This document shows, one piece after another, positions 47,301-60,272 of a DNA stretch of 64,000 nt. Positions within the stretch are counted from its first letter, which is position 1. The number at the start of each line of letters is the position of its first letter. Made by a program: the position numbers and the translations under genes. Below the pieces are notes generated by a model. The model was not told the DNA's origin and ran no database searches. It saw only the letters and a list, made by a program, of their open reading frames with translations. Location of the stretch: positions 1 through 64,000 of the forward strand of contig NW_024704843.1 in NCBI RefSeq assembly GCF_018977255.1. Direction: 5' to 3'. The DNA is from Callorhinchus milii (Eukaryota).

Positions 47301-48096
47301 GCCTCCATGTAACTTCATGTCTTGACTTACATACTATCATTTATTCCCTTTTCCCATCGTCCAAAATTGACTGTGTATGTGGCCTCCCAAGGCTGTTCAT
47401 TCCAAGGAATGTGTATTTACCGACAGTCTCATTGTGAAAATCAAAGTGTCAGTGTATCTGAAAAATGATCTGTGTTAATAATATATAGTATCTACATGTA
47501 ATACACTTCTATCACAAAGTGTAATGTAACAGGGATATACTGGCTCATTATCCTGAGTATAATAGTGTTGTCTCTTTCACTAAGCTTGTGATGTCGATTT
47601 TCATTCCCTGGAGTGTTAGGCCGGTGTCAACACATCTGAATTTTCTGCCGTATTCTTACATATAATATGAATAAAATTAGCATCTAATACAAATGCAGGC
47701 AAGTTCTCAGTCTCGTTATATTGGTATGTTGGTTTGAGCTTCATTGTGTCACTTGCAATTCAAGACTGCGAGTTTAAATGAAATGTTTGTTTGCAGATGT
47801 TTTAGAACAGTTAACTGTCAAGCACAGTTTATCAGCAAAGAGCTGTACAAGTTATTGTTTTTTATGTGTAAAGTCTTTTTGCTGAGCGCAGTCAGGAAAG
47901 ACGCTTCGCACAGGAGGAGTCAGGCGGCCTTCAGGTGGGACGGAAACTCAGAGCACAATTGTCAGGAAACAGCTGTGATGGTGTACAGTCAGTCAGTGAT
48001 CAGTTTCCTGCCCTCACACCGCACAGCCACAGCCTGAGCTTTCATACAGTGTTCCCCATCACACCTGCCACAGCAGTAACAGCAGCAACAGCAGCA

Positions 48097-48620
48097 CCTG
48101 GTCATCTCACACTCTCTGGTCATCTCACACTGTCTGGTCATCTCACACTGTCTGGTCATCTCACAATCTCTGGTCATCTCACACTGTCTGGTCATCTCAC
48201 ACGGTCTGGTCATCTCACAATCTCTGGTCATCTCACACTCTCTGGTCATCTCACACTGTCTGGTCATCTCACACTGTCTTGTCATCTCACACTCTCTGGT
48301 CATCTCACACTCTCTGGTCATCTCACACTGTCGGGTCATCTCACATTGTCTGGTCATCTCACATTGTCTGGTCATCTCACACTGTCTGGTCATCTCACAC
48401 TCTCTCGTCATCTCACACTCTCTGGTTACCTCACACTGTCTGGTCCTCTCACACTGTCCGGTCATCTCACACTCTCTGGTCATCTCACTTTCTGGTCATC
48501 TCACACTGTCTGGTCATCTCACAATGTCTGGTCATCTCACACTGTTTGGTCATCTGAAACTGCCTGGTCATCTCAAACTGTCTGTTTGTCTCAAACTGTC
48601 TGATTATCTCAAACTGTCGG
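48097..48620. repeat. 18-bp minisatellite GGTCATCTCACACTGTCT
   Basis: More than 25 near-perfect tandem units. Confidence 0.95.
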
Positions 48621-49559
48621 ATGAAATAATAAGAGTAAGAATAAAAAGTAACATTAATACGTAAAAATGTTTCTACTTCACCCAAATTCTTACATGTCTC
48701 AAACTTCTTTTTTCCAGGATTCGCCTCACTTATCTCTGCGATTTGCTTTAGCCTCAGCGACCACGCCTCTCCCTTTGGTGACTGACAAGCATCTGATTGA
48801 TATTGCAACTGCTCTATGTGCCCCACGTTGGCTCTTTGGAAATCACAGGCCTTCTGTCGCTTGCTTTATGCTTTATTGAACAATGGAGAAAAATGTTTGT
48901 CTTAGTATCTTGTGGTGTGATTCCCAAATCTGCTGACATTCAAAAATATTATGTAAAGTCACTAGAATTTCATGCCTTACATTTTTGCCGCCTGGAGCAG
49001 AATCATTCTGCATCTGGTGATATACCTGGGTCACAGCCGGGTGGATGTGGATGTCCCACCGACTCACGTAGCCTTCAAGAAGCTGTTATTCTCCTCTATG
49101 TCTTGGCTAACCTTTAGTTGCTTTGAGGCAGCCAACTAAACTGAAAGCTACGTTATCTTGTTATTGTATAATGCAACAAGATAATCTCGAATTCCACTAC
49201 TAAGCATATCCCATGGTGCTTAACCATAATAATAATAAACCTTGTTTTTCATGTAAAGCATTTAATGCGGTGGAATGACAATGGATTTTGGAGGCGACTG
49301 CAGCAGAGGCATCAATATCCCTCAATCAGTTATTAAGCAAATTATCAATTCGATCTCGATATTTTTGTTGGTAGAAACGCCCTTCCCTTTTCCAGCAATT
49401 TCACGTTAGCATTAATGTTCAACAGAAAAAGGAGACTGAATCGCTATTTTTTAATCTGAACCCGGTGAACACCCGCTGCAACAATGCATCAGAAACCAAT
49501 CACTGCTTTATTGTGTCAATTTAAACGGTATTATATCTGGTCGTCTCTGGCCCAAACCC

Positions 49560-50640
49560 AGGGAAACACTGAGCCGCCCATCATATGTCAGCACACACCA
49601 GTAGTCATATCACGTCACTCAGCCTGCAGCATAGCCCAGTACACAGCCCTGAGCATCGTCCACCACACAACACCAATCATATCACATCACACAGCCCCCA
49701 GCATAGCCCAGGACACAGCCATCAGCATACCCCATCTCACAGCCTGCAGCAATGCCCAGCTCACAGCCTGCAGCAAAGCCCAGCATACAGCAAGAATCAT
49801 TTCACATCACACAGCCCCTAGCACAGCTCAGCTCACAGCCACCAGCAGAGCCCAGCTCACTGCATGTAGCATAGCCCAGCACACAACAACCAGCACAGCC
49901 AAGCTCACAGCCTGCAGCATAGCCCAGCACACAGTCACCAGCACAGCCAAGCTCACAGCCTGCAGCATAGCCCAGCACACAGCCACCAGCACAGCCAAGC
50001 TCACAGCCTGCAGCATAGCCCAGCCCACAGCCACCAGCACAGCCAAGCTCACAGCCTGCAGCATAGCCCAGCACACAGCCACCAGCACAGCCAAGCTCAC
50101 AGCCTGCAGCATAGCCCAGCACACAGCCACCAGCACAGCCAAGCTCACAGCCTGCAGCATAGCCCAGCACACAGCCACCAGCACAGCCAAGCTCACAGCC
50201 TGCAGCATAGCCCAGCACACAACAACCAGCACAGCCAAGCTCACAGCCTGCAGCATAGCCCAGCACACAACAACCAGCACAGCCAAGCTCACAGCCTGCA
50301 GCATAGCCCAGCACACAGCCACCAGCACAGCCAAGCTCACAGCCTGCAGCATAGCCCAGCACACAGCCACCAGCACAGCCAAGCTCACAGCCTGCAGCAT
50401 AGCCCAGCACACAGCCACCAGCACAGCCAAGCTCGCAGACTCCAGCATAGCCCAGAACACAACACGAATCATTTAACATCACACAGCCCACAGCATGGCT
50501 CAGCTCACAGCCACCAACATAGCCCAGCTCACAGCCACCAACATAGCCCAGCTCAAAGCCTGCAACCAGCATGAGACACCCAGCACAGCCCAGACTACAG
50601 ATCGCAATTTAGCCTGGCGTACAGCCCCCATCATGTGCAC
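49560..50640. repeat. 48-bp minisatellite CACAGCCACCAGCACAGCCAAGCTCACAGCCTGCAGCATAGCCCAGCA (three 16-bp subunits)
   Basis: About 12 near-perfect units at 49870-50450, with degenerate flanks. Confidence 0.95.
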
Positions 50641-51551
50641 AATAACACACAGTTTCCTCATGGCCCTAGTGTAGGGTGACAGTATCATATGATCCAAAGG
50701 CGGGGAGACGTACAAAATATTGAGCTGACGACAGTTCCTCCTTCTGTCAGACCAGGATAAGGTTTTGCATTAATGGGTGTGTTTCCTTGACCAACGGGTG
50801 TGTTTGACAATCTTAATGTTCTTCTTTATTTTCTTGCTGTTTGAACGTAATAAAGATTTACCTCAAAGATTCACTGGCTCACTTTACCTCACCCCTGAAA
50901 CCAGTGGCCCCTCACTTCACATGCTCAAACCCTCACTCACATTCACACAACATCGGACACAAACACTCTCAGATACATACATAGGCCTCACACAATCCTC
51001 AAACACACACCTCGCACACGGACACTCATGCACAAACATTCACACACAAAGTCTCACACGTACACACTAACACACACTGTAAAACATAATCCTCTCTCTT
51101 CCACAACATCACGCAATCCCTCACATTCACCCACACTATGAAACACACTTCACACACAGAGTGTCAGGCACACGCACCGTCGCTCACACACTTCGTCAAG
51201 ACATACTCTGCAAGGATTATTATTATATTTTTATAGGCTCACACACAAAAGTCTCAATACACACTCGCATACCCACTCTCTCGCATCCTCACAACCAACA
51301 TAGTGCTATTAATCTACACGGATTTGGAAATCTCTTCACTTAATAAGAAATATAAACGTTGTCATCTGAATTATCAAAAAAATATAACATGCAGGTCAAT
51401 AATGTATACGAATGTCAGAGTGATAGGTTTCCGCATGGATACCATAACAAGTTGCTAAAAATAATTAATTTACGTAAGTTGCACCGCTCAGGGAGAGTAC
51501 ATGTTTTCCACATGGCTGAATCTCGTTCAACATCATGTAATAAATCTTCTA

Positions 51552-51886
51552 AGTCCTGTAGCTAAGTGGTTAGAGCACTCGCTTTGCAAGCGAGCGACCT
51601 GAGTTCAATTCCAGGCAGAGGGCGAAACCTTGGGCAAGTTTCCTTACTCCACACAGAGCCTAATAATAATCCCTCCAAAAAACCAAAAACAATAATTAAA
51701 TTGGTCATTTTCAATCTACGACTGTTTGTGGGACATTGCTGTGCGCAATTGGCTGCCGCGTTCGCCCACAAATATACAGTCAATTCACTTTACAGTGTGT
51801 TCTGTGAAGCGCTTTGGGACGTCCTCCCGACGTGAAAAGCGCTATATCAAATGCAAGGATTATTATTATTATTATTATTATTATTA
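51552..51886 (+). mobile_element. tRNA-derived SINE, full length
   Basis: Family consensus with (ATT)n tail. Confidence 0.92.
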
Positions 51887-52000
51887 AGTCAAGCGTTCAC
51901 GTTGGTATAAATCAGGCTGTGTTTTTTGCTCTTGAATCTCACATAGTTATTCTGATCTCCTGTCTATACGGAGACGAGGTACCATCGGTTCTCTGTCGAG

Positions 52001-52070
52001 ATGACGATTGCGCCAATACACAGGATACAAAACATTTACTATCCGGTTCTCGCTGCCTTTGGAGTTCCTG
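52001..52070 (+). CDS. GPR139-like GPCR paralog 2, exon 1 (MTIAPIHRIQNIYYPVLAAFGVP+G), GC donor
   Basis: 70-nt exon paralogous to 3552-3621 and 62166-62235, followed by GCAAGT at 52071. Joins 54997 in frame (G|CA = Ala). Confidence 0.82.
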
Positions 52071-53599
52071 GCAAGTTTTTTAAATTAATCGTCAGTTAGA
52101 CTCGTTTGCAGTAAAGTTTGCAGCCTGACTCAGTTGGTAGCACTTTCTCCTCTGAATCAGAAAGATGTGGTTTGCAGACCCCGACCCGTTGATCTTTGCT
52201 GTAGGAGCCGCGATTTGTATATGTATTTAACAAGTAAAGTCCTACTTGATCCTTCAGATATCAAAGATCCTGTGGCACAATAAAAGAAAGGGGGATTTGT
52301 TTGGAGGTTGTTGGGCAACAACTACTTGCAAAAAACTTCGCGATATGCTTCATAATTTACTTTATATCTGTTTGTTTGCTTTTAATTGCCGCGATTGCCA
52401 GCAAATAGGCTTTTCAGTAAACTCAAATGCTTTGGGATGTTTGGACGCCGAAAGGTGGCGATGCCTCAAATGTTAGTCAGTCTGTACCGTACTATTAATA
52501 TATATATATTAATGGATTCCTGTCGCTCGGTGGTAAGAGCAATAACATCGCAAGCGAGAGACCAGGGTTCAATTCCCGGGAGTGCGAAATGTTGCGAAAT
52601 GGAGATAGTAATCCGTACAAAAAATCCAAGTGAGTCTGTGAAACATTTTTGTTTGGAATTGACTGCCGCGATTCATCCACAAACGTACAGTCAATTCACT
52701 TTACAAAAATAATAATATTCCTCATATTTGGTATTGCACTTTGTATGTACTCCATACAACGCAAAGCGCTGCAGAGAATATAGTGCACAGAGAATTTTCT
52801 TTACACCGATAGATTAAACTCGGCAGCCATTTGCCATTGCAATATACCACAAACAACCATGGATTTGGCGGCCAGATGTTTATTTTAATGATTATTATCC
52901 TAGGAAATGTGAACTACCAATTGACTAACAACCGGGTGTCTGCTTACTGCTCGGTAAATGGATATATCAAGTGAAGCATTTTGATATGTCTATAACAAGT
53001 GAAAAGTGTCATATCAAATGCAAGTAAAATTACTATCATGATTATATATTACACAGAGGGAAAAATCGCAACTGGTTTTATTATTTTAAACTGTGGGTTT
53101 AGCCAATGATTATCCATACGTTTGACTCATTTATTAGTGTTCTTACCTCTCAGTTATAAGTTTGCGGATTGAAGACCACAACACTACATTGAGCTGAGGG
53201 TCCGAACCGTGATAGTCGATGCTTTTGGCCTGTGTTGTTTCCTGGCAATTTACCCACAATTTTAAATTGTAAAACTCTGTGCGTTTGGCTGCCGCATTTC
53301 GCCCACAAAATATACAGTTAATTCACTTTCAGCTTATTTTGTGAACCTATTTTAGACCTCACAACGAAACGTTAAAGCGTTGCATCGAACGCAAGCATTT
53401 CTATTAATTATTATTAATAATTTTATTATTAATGAGGGCCGGATGACTGCCACATATGGTTTCTTTACGAAACATAACCTGTAAGAATTATATAGAAATC
53501 ATATGTTTAGAATTGTGTACCTTTATTTGATAAACAATTCAACCTGTAGATAGGCAGTAAAAAATAATCCAAATTGTTAAACTATAATACCTACAGCGA

Positions 53600-54800
53600 T
53601 GAGAAATCTACCTCTGTGTGTCTCTGCCTGTCTTTTACTCTCTCTCTCTCTCTGTCTCTTTCTCTCTCACCCTCTCTCTCTCTCTCTCTCTATGTCTGCG
53701 TGTATGTCTGTACCTTTCTTTGTCTGCATGTAGTTTTGTATCCCACACTATATAAATATGTGTGTCTCTCTCTACCTATGTAGGTCTGTCTATGAGGATC
53801 TCTCCATCTCTCTGTCTGTTTGTGTGATATTTTCTATGTATCTCGCCCTGTCAGTTGATATCTCTGTATCTGAATCCATCTCTGTATATCTGTTTAACAC
53901 TCAGTCAGACAGTGCTTGTCGCTATCGCTGTGATTCTCTGATTTCTCTGTCACTGCATTGCTCAGTAATTATGTATGACTTCATGTGTATTTCTCTCGTG
54001 CTGTCTGCTGTGCCTCTCTCTGTCTCTGTGCGTATATTTTTCTGTCTGTGTCTCTGTTTCTCTATCTGGGTGTGTATCTCTCTCTGTGTCTGGGTGTTTC
54101 TCGCTGCGTGCGTTTGTGTTTCCCTCTCTCTCTCTCTTTGAATCTCTCTCTCACGCTGTCCATGATTGTGTTTCTTTCTCCACCGGTCTCTCTCTCTCAT
54201 TCTTTCTGATAACGATGATTCTTTTTTGCGCATTGTTTTTGCGTCTCTCTGTGTCTGTCTGTGTCAGTGAATCGCTCTTCTGTTATCCTTTTAGAAATGA
54301 TTGACAATTTCTGCTGAATTTGTTTTTCTGTCTTTACGTCCGGGACAGACCACATACACACAGCGAAACAGCGTTCGAGGGCACAAGCAACATTTATGTG
54401 TTTCCGATCGAGAAACACAACCCGTAGGAGTATAGAAACCCTGCATTAAAACTGTATCATTTTAATGCAGTTTCACTCCATTTCAGTTACGATACAGACT
54501 CTAAACGGGCAATGTAAAAATCATACAAATTTTAAAATAATGATAGAATCCCTGACAAGATATCTCTCTTTGCTTCTGTTCTAACAGCTTCTACCATTGT
54601 CTGTCTCTAACTTGCGCGTTATCTCTGTACGAGTTCGTATCAAGTGCTCCAAGTCGCTTGAAGGGCTCTATATAAATCCAAGTGATTGTTGCATCTATCT
54701 CTCTCTCTGTCTGTTTGTCTCTGTATCTATCTGTCTGCGTGTATCGATACCTGTCTCTCTCTTTCCCTGTTTTGGTACCTTTGCATGTCAGGCATTTGCG
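53600..54800. repeat. TC/TG-rich degenerate simple repeats in the GPCR intron
   Basis: Low-complexity tracts. Confidence 0.8.
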
Positions 54801-54996
54801 AGTCAGGTTTTGTGCGATCACACATCGAATCCATTAGGTTAGATTTTGAGGTGGGAGAGAAAGTCAACTGTTCTTCATTCAGCGAGTCACTGCTTTCGAT
54901 TTCTTGATACTTTATTGATTGAAGCGACTTGCTAAGTAAATGCAAGTTGTTGTATTGTTGTGATGGGCATTTCTCTGTCTCTCTCTCTCTCTCCAG

Positions 54997-55943
54997 CAAA
55001 CCTGGTGTCGATTGTAATCCTGTCTCGTGGGCGGTGTGGACTCTCCAAATGTATCTCTCGCTATCTGGTGGCCATGTCCACAGCAGATCTGTTCGTGATT
55101 ATCACATCAGTGGTTTTCTATCGAGTAATTCTTCCTCATTTCCCGAATTCATTCCTGTCCATCACACCTATTTGTGCGCTCCTTATAATACTGGCTGCTT
55201 CTACAACGTCAATCTCTGTCTGGTTAACTGTGGCTTTCACCTTTGATCGATATGTGGCCATTTGTTGCCAAAATCTGAAAACAAAATATTGTTCAGAAAA
55301 AACTTCTGTTACAGTTATAGCGCTATTGAGTGCGCTGTGCGTTGTGATAAACATTCCCTGGGGTTTTATAGTTGAACCAAAGCACATAATTAACGATATA
55401 CCGTGGGGTTGTGAACCTAAAGCAAGCTATTTCACTTCTCCAACTTGGGCAGCGTTTGACACAATTAATTATATTTTAACCCCAATTCTCCCATTCGTTA
55501 TGATTTTGCTGCTCAACCCCCTGACTGTCAGGCACATACTGGTGGCCAGTAGAGCCCGCAATAGATTGCGGGGACACAGCATTAGCGACAAGAATAGAGG
55601 AAAGAGTGACAGTGATCCGGAGATGAAGAACCGAAAAAAATCCATCGTTTTACTGTTTGCTATTTCCACCAGTTTTATATTATTATGGATGACATATGTT
55701 CTATATTTCTTGTATTGGAGGATTTCTGAAACATATGACGTTACAAGCCCTGATGACCCGATGTATATGACCTTGCACACTGGTTACATGCTGCAGCTTT
55801 TGAGTTCCTGCACAAACACTTGTATTTACGCGGCTACTCAGACGAAATTCAGGGAGGAGCTCAGCAAAGTGGTGACTTTTCCTTTCCTTCTAATTGTTAG
55901 ATTATTCCATTTGCAAAAGTTGTTTGCGGCTCTGATAACCTGA
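54997..55943 (+). CDS. GPR139-like class A GPCR paralog 2, exon 2 (spliced protein 338 aa, intact)
   Basis: Polypyrimidine tract and ccag acceptor. Seven hydrophobic segments, with TM2 ADL, TM3 AFTFDRYVAICC, TM6 FILLW and TM7 SSCTNTCIY...KFREEL. TGA at 55941-55943. Confidence 0.93.
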
Positions 55944-56199
55944 TCGATGAACAGAAACCTATAAAGCGCCACACTGTCTGCACAAAGCCCCGTTAGGGTC
56001 AGAGATAGAGGAAAGCTCACTCCAACCTGACCATCAAAACGTGCAGGTGAAGGATAGAGATTAAGTAAATTTTCCTATTCACCGTCCGTCCAACCTCTGG
56101 TGTTAGAGTGTTTGGAGAGATGTTGTGATTCGGTTAATACAAAAAGTTGGCGAGTGTCAATCTTTCTCTTCATGTGTATTTTGTGATTGAGTACAATTT

Positions 56200-56930
56200 C
56201 ATGTTTGTGCTTCTGTTTCGCAGTGTGTGAGTGCATGTGTATTTTTGTGTGTTTTAGAAAATATGTGCCAATGTGTGTGTGTGTGTGTGCGTGTATGTTG
56301 GTCAGTGTATGAGCGTGTGTAAGTATGCACGCGTATGTGTATCCATTTTTTTTGTGTTTTAGTAGGTATGTGACAATGTGTGTGTGTGAGTGAGTGTGTA
56401 GGTCAATGTATGTGCCTTTGTGTCTGTGATTTTATATGTTTTAAGATGTATTTGCGAATCTGTGCGTGACCGTGCGTAGATTAGTGTGTGAGCGAGTGTG
56501 TAGAACAGTTCATGTAAATGTCTATGTGCATGTGTAGGTTTCTGTGCGTGTGTGTTTCACTTTCTGTGTCAGTTTGTGAGTCTGCGTTTTTGTATCTTTC
56601 AGTCTGTATGTGTGAAATTGTGCTTGCGCTTGTGCTGATCAGTGTGTGTATAGATCAGTGTGTGTATAGACCAGTTTGTGTGTGAGTGTGTGTGCGTGTG
56701 TGGGTCAGTGTGTGTGTGTGTGTGTGTGATTGTGATGGAGGAAGTCAGTGCATGTGTTTGCTTGAGTGAACGTTTGCTGGTCGGTGAGTGTTTGTGTTTT
56801 AGTGTGTGTGTACTTGTGTGTGTGTGTGTCGTTGTCTGTGCTTTTGTGTGTTTTATTATGTATACGTCAATATGTGTGTGTGTGGGTCAGTGTGAGTGAG
56901 AGTGTGTGCGTGTGTGTTTGTGTGTGTTGG
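56200..56930. repeat. TG-rich simple repeat
   Basis: Direct inspection. Confidence 0.85.
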
Positions 56931-57056
56931 ATACGGGAGCAGTCGCCTTTCCCTCTCCATTACCACACTTGCTCCCATACCATCAATGGTGATACCATCC
57001 TTATCTGATTGTGTTCATTTCTATTGCTCTCTCTATACATCAAGCACCTCATAAGC

Positions 57057-57377
57057 AAATAATAATAATAATAATCCTTGCATTTGATATAGCGCTTTTC
57101 ACGTCAGGAGGACGTCCCAAAGCGCTTCTCAGAACACCCTGTAAAGTGAATTGACTGTATATTTGTGGGCGAACGCGGCAGCCAATTACGCACAGCAATG
57201 TCCCACAAAGAGTCGTAGATTGAAAATGACCAATTTAGTATTGATTTGGGTTTTGGAGGGATTTTTTTGTGCGTGTGGAGTAAGGAAACTTGCCCGAGGT
57301 TTCGCCCTCTGCCTGGAATTGAACTCAGGTCTCTCGCTTGCAAAGCGAGTGCTCTAACCACTGAGCTACAGGTCTCC
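57057..57377 (-). mobile_element. tRNA-derived SINE, full length
   Basis: Reverse complement of the family consensus. Confidence 0.9.
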
Positions 57378-58042
57378 ATTTCTGAGTCAAATCCTTGACT
57401 CCCGTAACCCGATTCGGTGCATCGTGACACCAATAATGTACCACGATCCGCCACATAGAAACCAGAACTATCATTTACCGCAGGGGTTAGCGTTACAATG
57501 TAGACGGATTGTGGTAGATTTTAAAGTAAGCTTAGCCTGGGCAGAGAAAAACAGTTTTAATGATAGAATAAGAGCAGATAGTATTATGTTCAGAATAGAG
57601 AGAGTGCGAGGATTGGAGCTTGACAAGCGTGTGTGTTAGGTGAGGCATAATAGTTTGAGAGCAGCACCACAGCCCTCACATATCACAACCCACGCATAAT
57701 TTCATACACTTTATGTCGCTATAGTGTCTATCAACATAAGTTATTTCCAGGCATTCTGGGTTTTATAGTTGTGTTCCACAAACTGCATGATGTAAATAAG
57801 TTAATGATTAACCACTGTAAAATGTCGATATACTGGAGCAAAACTGCATATTTCTTGATCTTTTCTTCTCTGCCCCAACCTCTATTAAAAATGCTATAGA
57901 GTACAGGTGTGTGATAGTTCTTTACAATGTCCACCCACCATGTCCACACATGTGCAGAATGGCCTCTCTCGCCTCTGCCCTGAACCCCATGTTCCTGACT
58001 ATCAGCCACGATTGTAAAGCGCTGCGGTTCCTTCTCCATATC

Positions 58043-59220
58043 AGTCCAGTCATGTCACCATTACAGTCCAGTCATGTCACCATTAAAGTCCAGTAACGTC
58101 ACCGTTACAGTCCAGTCATGTCACTTTTACAGTCCAGATATATCACCATTACAGTCCAGTCATGTCACAATCACAGACCAGTTATGTCACCATTAGAGTC
58201 CAGTCATGTCACCATTAGAGTGGAGTCATGTCGCCATTACAGTCCATTCATGTCTCCATTACAGTCCAGTGATGTCACCATTACAATCCAGTCATGCCAC
58301 CATTGCAGGCCAGTTATTTCAACATTACTATCCAGTTATGTCACCATTACAGTCCAGTCATGTCACCGTTACATTCCCGTCATGTCATTATTGGAGACCA
58401 GTCATGTCACCATTACTGTCCAGTAATGTCAGCATTAGAGTCCAGTTATGTCACCATTACCGTCCAGTCATGTCACAATTACATTCCATTTAAGTCACCA
58501 TTGCAGTCCAGTCATGTCACAATTGCAGTCCATTCATGTCCACATTACAGTCCAGTCATGTCACCATTACAGTCCAGTCATGTCACCATTACTGTCCAGC
58601 CGTGTCACCATTACAGTACAGTTATGTCACCATCACCGTCCAGTCATGTCACCATTACCGTCCAGTCATGTCACAATTATAATCCATTTAAGTCACCATT
58701 ACAGTCCAGTCATGTCACTATTGCAGTGCATTCATGTCACCATTGCAATCCAGTCATGTCACCATTACAGTCCAATCATGTCACCATTACCGTCAAATCA
58801 TGTCACAATTAGAGTCCAATCGTGTCAACATTGTAGTCCAGTAATGTCAACATTGTAGTCCAGTAATGTCAGCATTACAGAACACTCAGTCACCATTAGG
58901 GTCCAATCATGACAGCATTAGAGTCCAGTCATGTTGCCGTTAAAGGCCAGTGATGCCAGCATTAAGGTCCATTCATGTCAGCATTGCAGTCCATTCAGGT
59001 CAATTCTAAGGTGCAGTGATGTCTCAGTAGCAGTCTAATGATGTCACCATTACAGTACAGTCATGTCACCATTACAGTCCAGTCATGTCACTTTTACAGT
59101 CCAGTTCATTGAATCACCGTTACAGTCCAGCTATTCCACCATTACAGACCAATGACGTCACCATTACATTCCAGTGATATCTCAAATGCAGTCCAGTGAT
59201 GTCGCCATTGCAGTCCAGGT
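58043..59220. repeat. 22-bp minisatellite, same unit as 16545-19120
   Basis: CAGTCCAGTCATGTCACCATTA tandem units with homologous unique flanks. Confidence 0.95.
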
Positions 59221-59735
59221 TGACATTTTCTGCCTCTAACTGAGCTACTTGGGTCACACCCACAGGTTTGCGCTGTGTGAGGAATCGCCACGTAATGTCT
59301 GCATTTGGTATTACTTTGTGAGGCAGATCTTGTGTGTCTGTGTATGTGTTTGTGTGTGTGTGTGTGCACGTGTGTGAGTCTGAGACTGTGATCTTATGTC
59401 CACTGCCATTGTAACCTGACAATGGATGTCAAAGCTCTATCTGTTCAGCTCAGTGGAGAGAATACAAATCGTATAATTTTGGTTTATTACTGGTACTGTG
59501 TGTGTCAGATCTGTATTGTCTGCGCTTATTCCTTTTACTGTCATTCATGGGGGATTGACGAATGTTTGCGAATGTTCCGTTTTCACTTCATTCACAACGT
59601 AACACATTTCTGCATATCTATATCGGTGCAGTTAATGATCAACAACATTTTAGCACAACAACAGAAATCCTTTCCCCTGTAAGCTGACACTATAAGGAGC
59701 TCCTGGCGGAGTCTGTTACTCACTGAGCAGCCAAA

Positions 59736-60272
59736 ATGTGACAAACTCCGGGAAACACCAGCACATGCTTCGCACAGAGCGAAATACTCTTCGGAAAATT
59801 ACCTGCCTGGTGTATACTTTCCTGGATAAAGTTGTGTAGATTGCGGCGAGCGCTGAGCAGCGCAATGGCATGTCCGTGGTCGCCATCAAGAAGGCTCAGG
59901 ACGCCAAAGGCTACAAGACGGTAACTCACCAATTCCACGTCAGGAGTCCTTTGAAGGGACAGACGGAGAAAAGTTTCCTGACCCAGACCAAGGGCATCAG
60001 CGCCACCGTCTCCTGCAAACACAAAAGGGCAACCAGGCAAATAATCCGACCCCGTTGGGGAAGACAGGGGTCACGAAGAAATGTACTCACGGAGAAACGT
60101 ACAGTGAGAAAGCCAAATTCACCGCGTTAACCACCAGTGTCTAACAGAGTCAGCAAAGCCAAGTCTCCCGGTGCCAAATGACAGAGGAACCGATAGCGTA
60201 TAACATGCCAATACCTACCAAAACAAGAAAGCTGTAAAGAAGACGGAATCTGCAGCAGCCTCGAAGACATCA
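59736..60272 (+). pseudogene. Linker histone H1-like pseudogene
   Basis: RNGMSVVAIKKAQDAKGY-x12-LKGQTEKSFLTQTKGISATVSCK aligns without gaps to the H1 globular domain (RSGVSLAALKKALAAAGY-x12[23 protein letters not shown]). In-frame TAG at 59837-59839. K/A/SP-rich tail pieces (KAKSPGAK, KKAVKKT) lie in shifted frames. TATAAG at 59691. Confidence 0.75.

Noticed and set aside
47935-48826. (GHLTLS)n and (CEMTRQ)n ORFs
   Set aside because: Translation of the 18-bp minisatellite, open on both strands.
48485-49067. Minus-strand ORFs with faint similarity to shark NLR helical-domain sequence (LVTLHNIFECQ)
   Set aside because: The match is a few residues only, with no NACHT or LRR motifs nearby.
49484-50572. 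Long ORFs (330, 256 and 214 aa) over the 48-bp repeat, resembling mucin or antifreeze-like proteins
   Set aside because: The unit is a multiple of 3 and lacks stops in several frames on both strands, so long ORFs are expected by construction. No splice or promoter support.
59870-60130. Tc1 transposase N-terminus resemblance (KGYKT, RR.VL...RTVRK)
   Set aside because: The gapless H1 globular-domain alignment explains the sequence much better. No TIRs or DDE domain.
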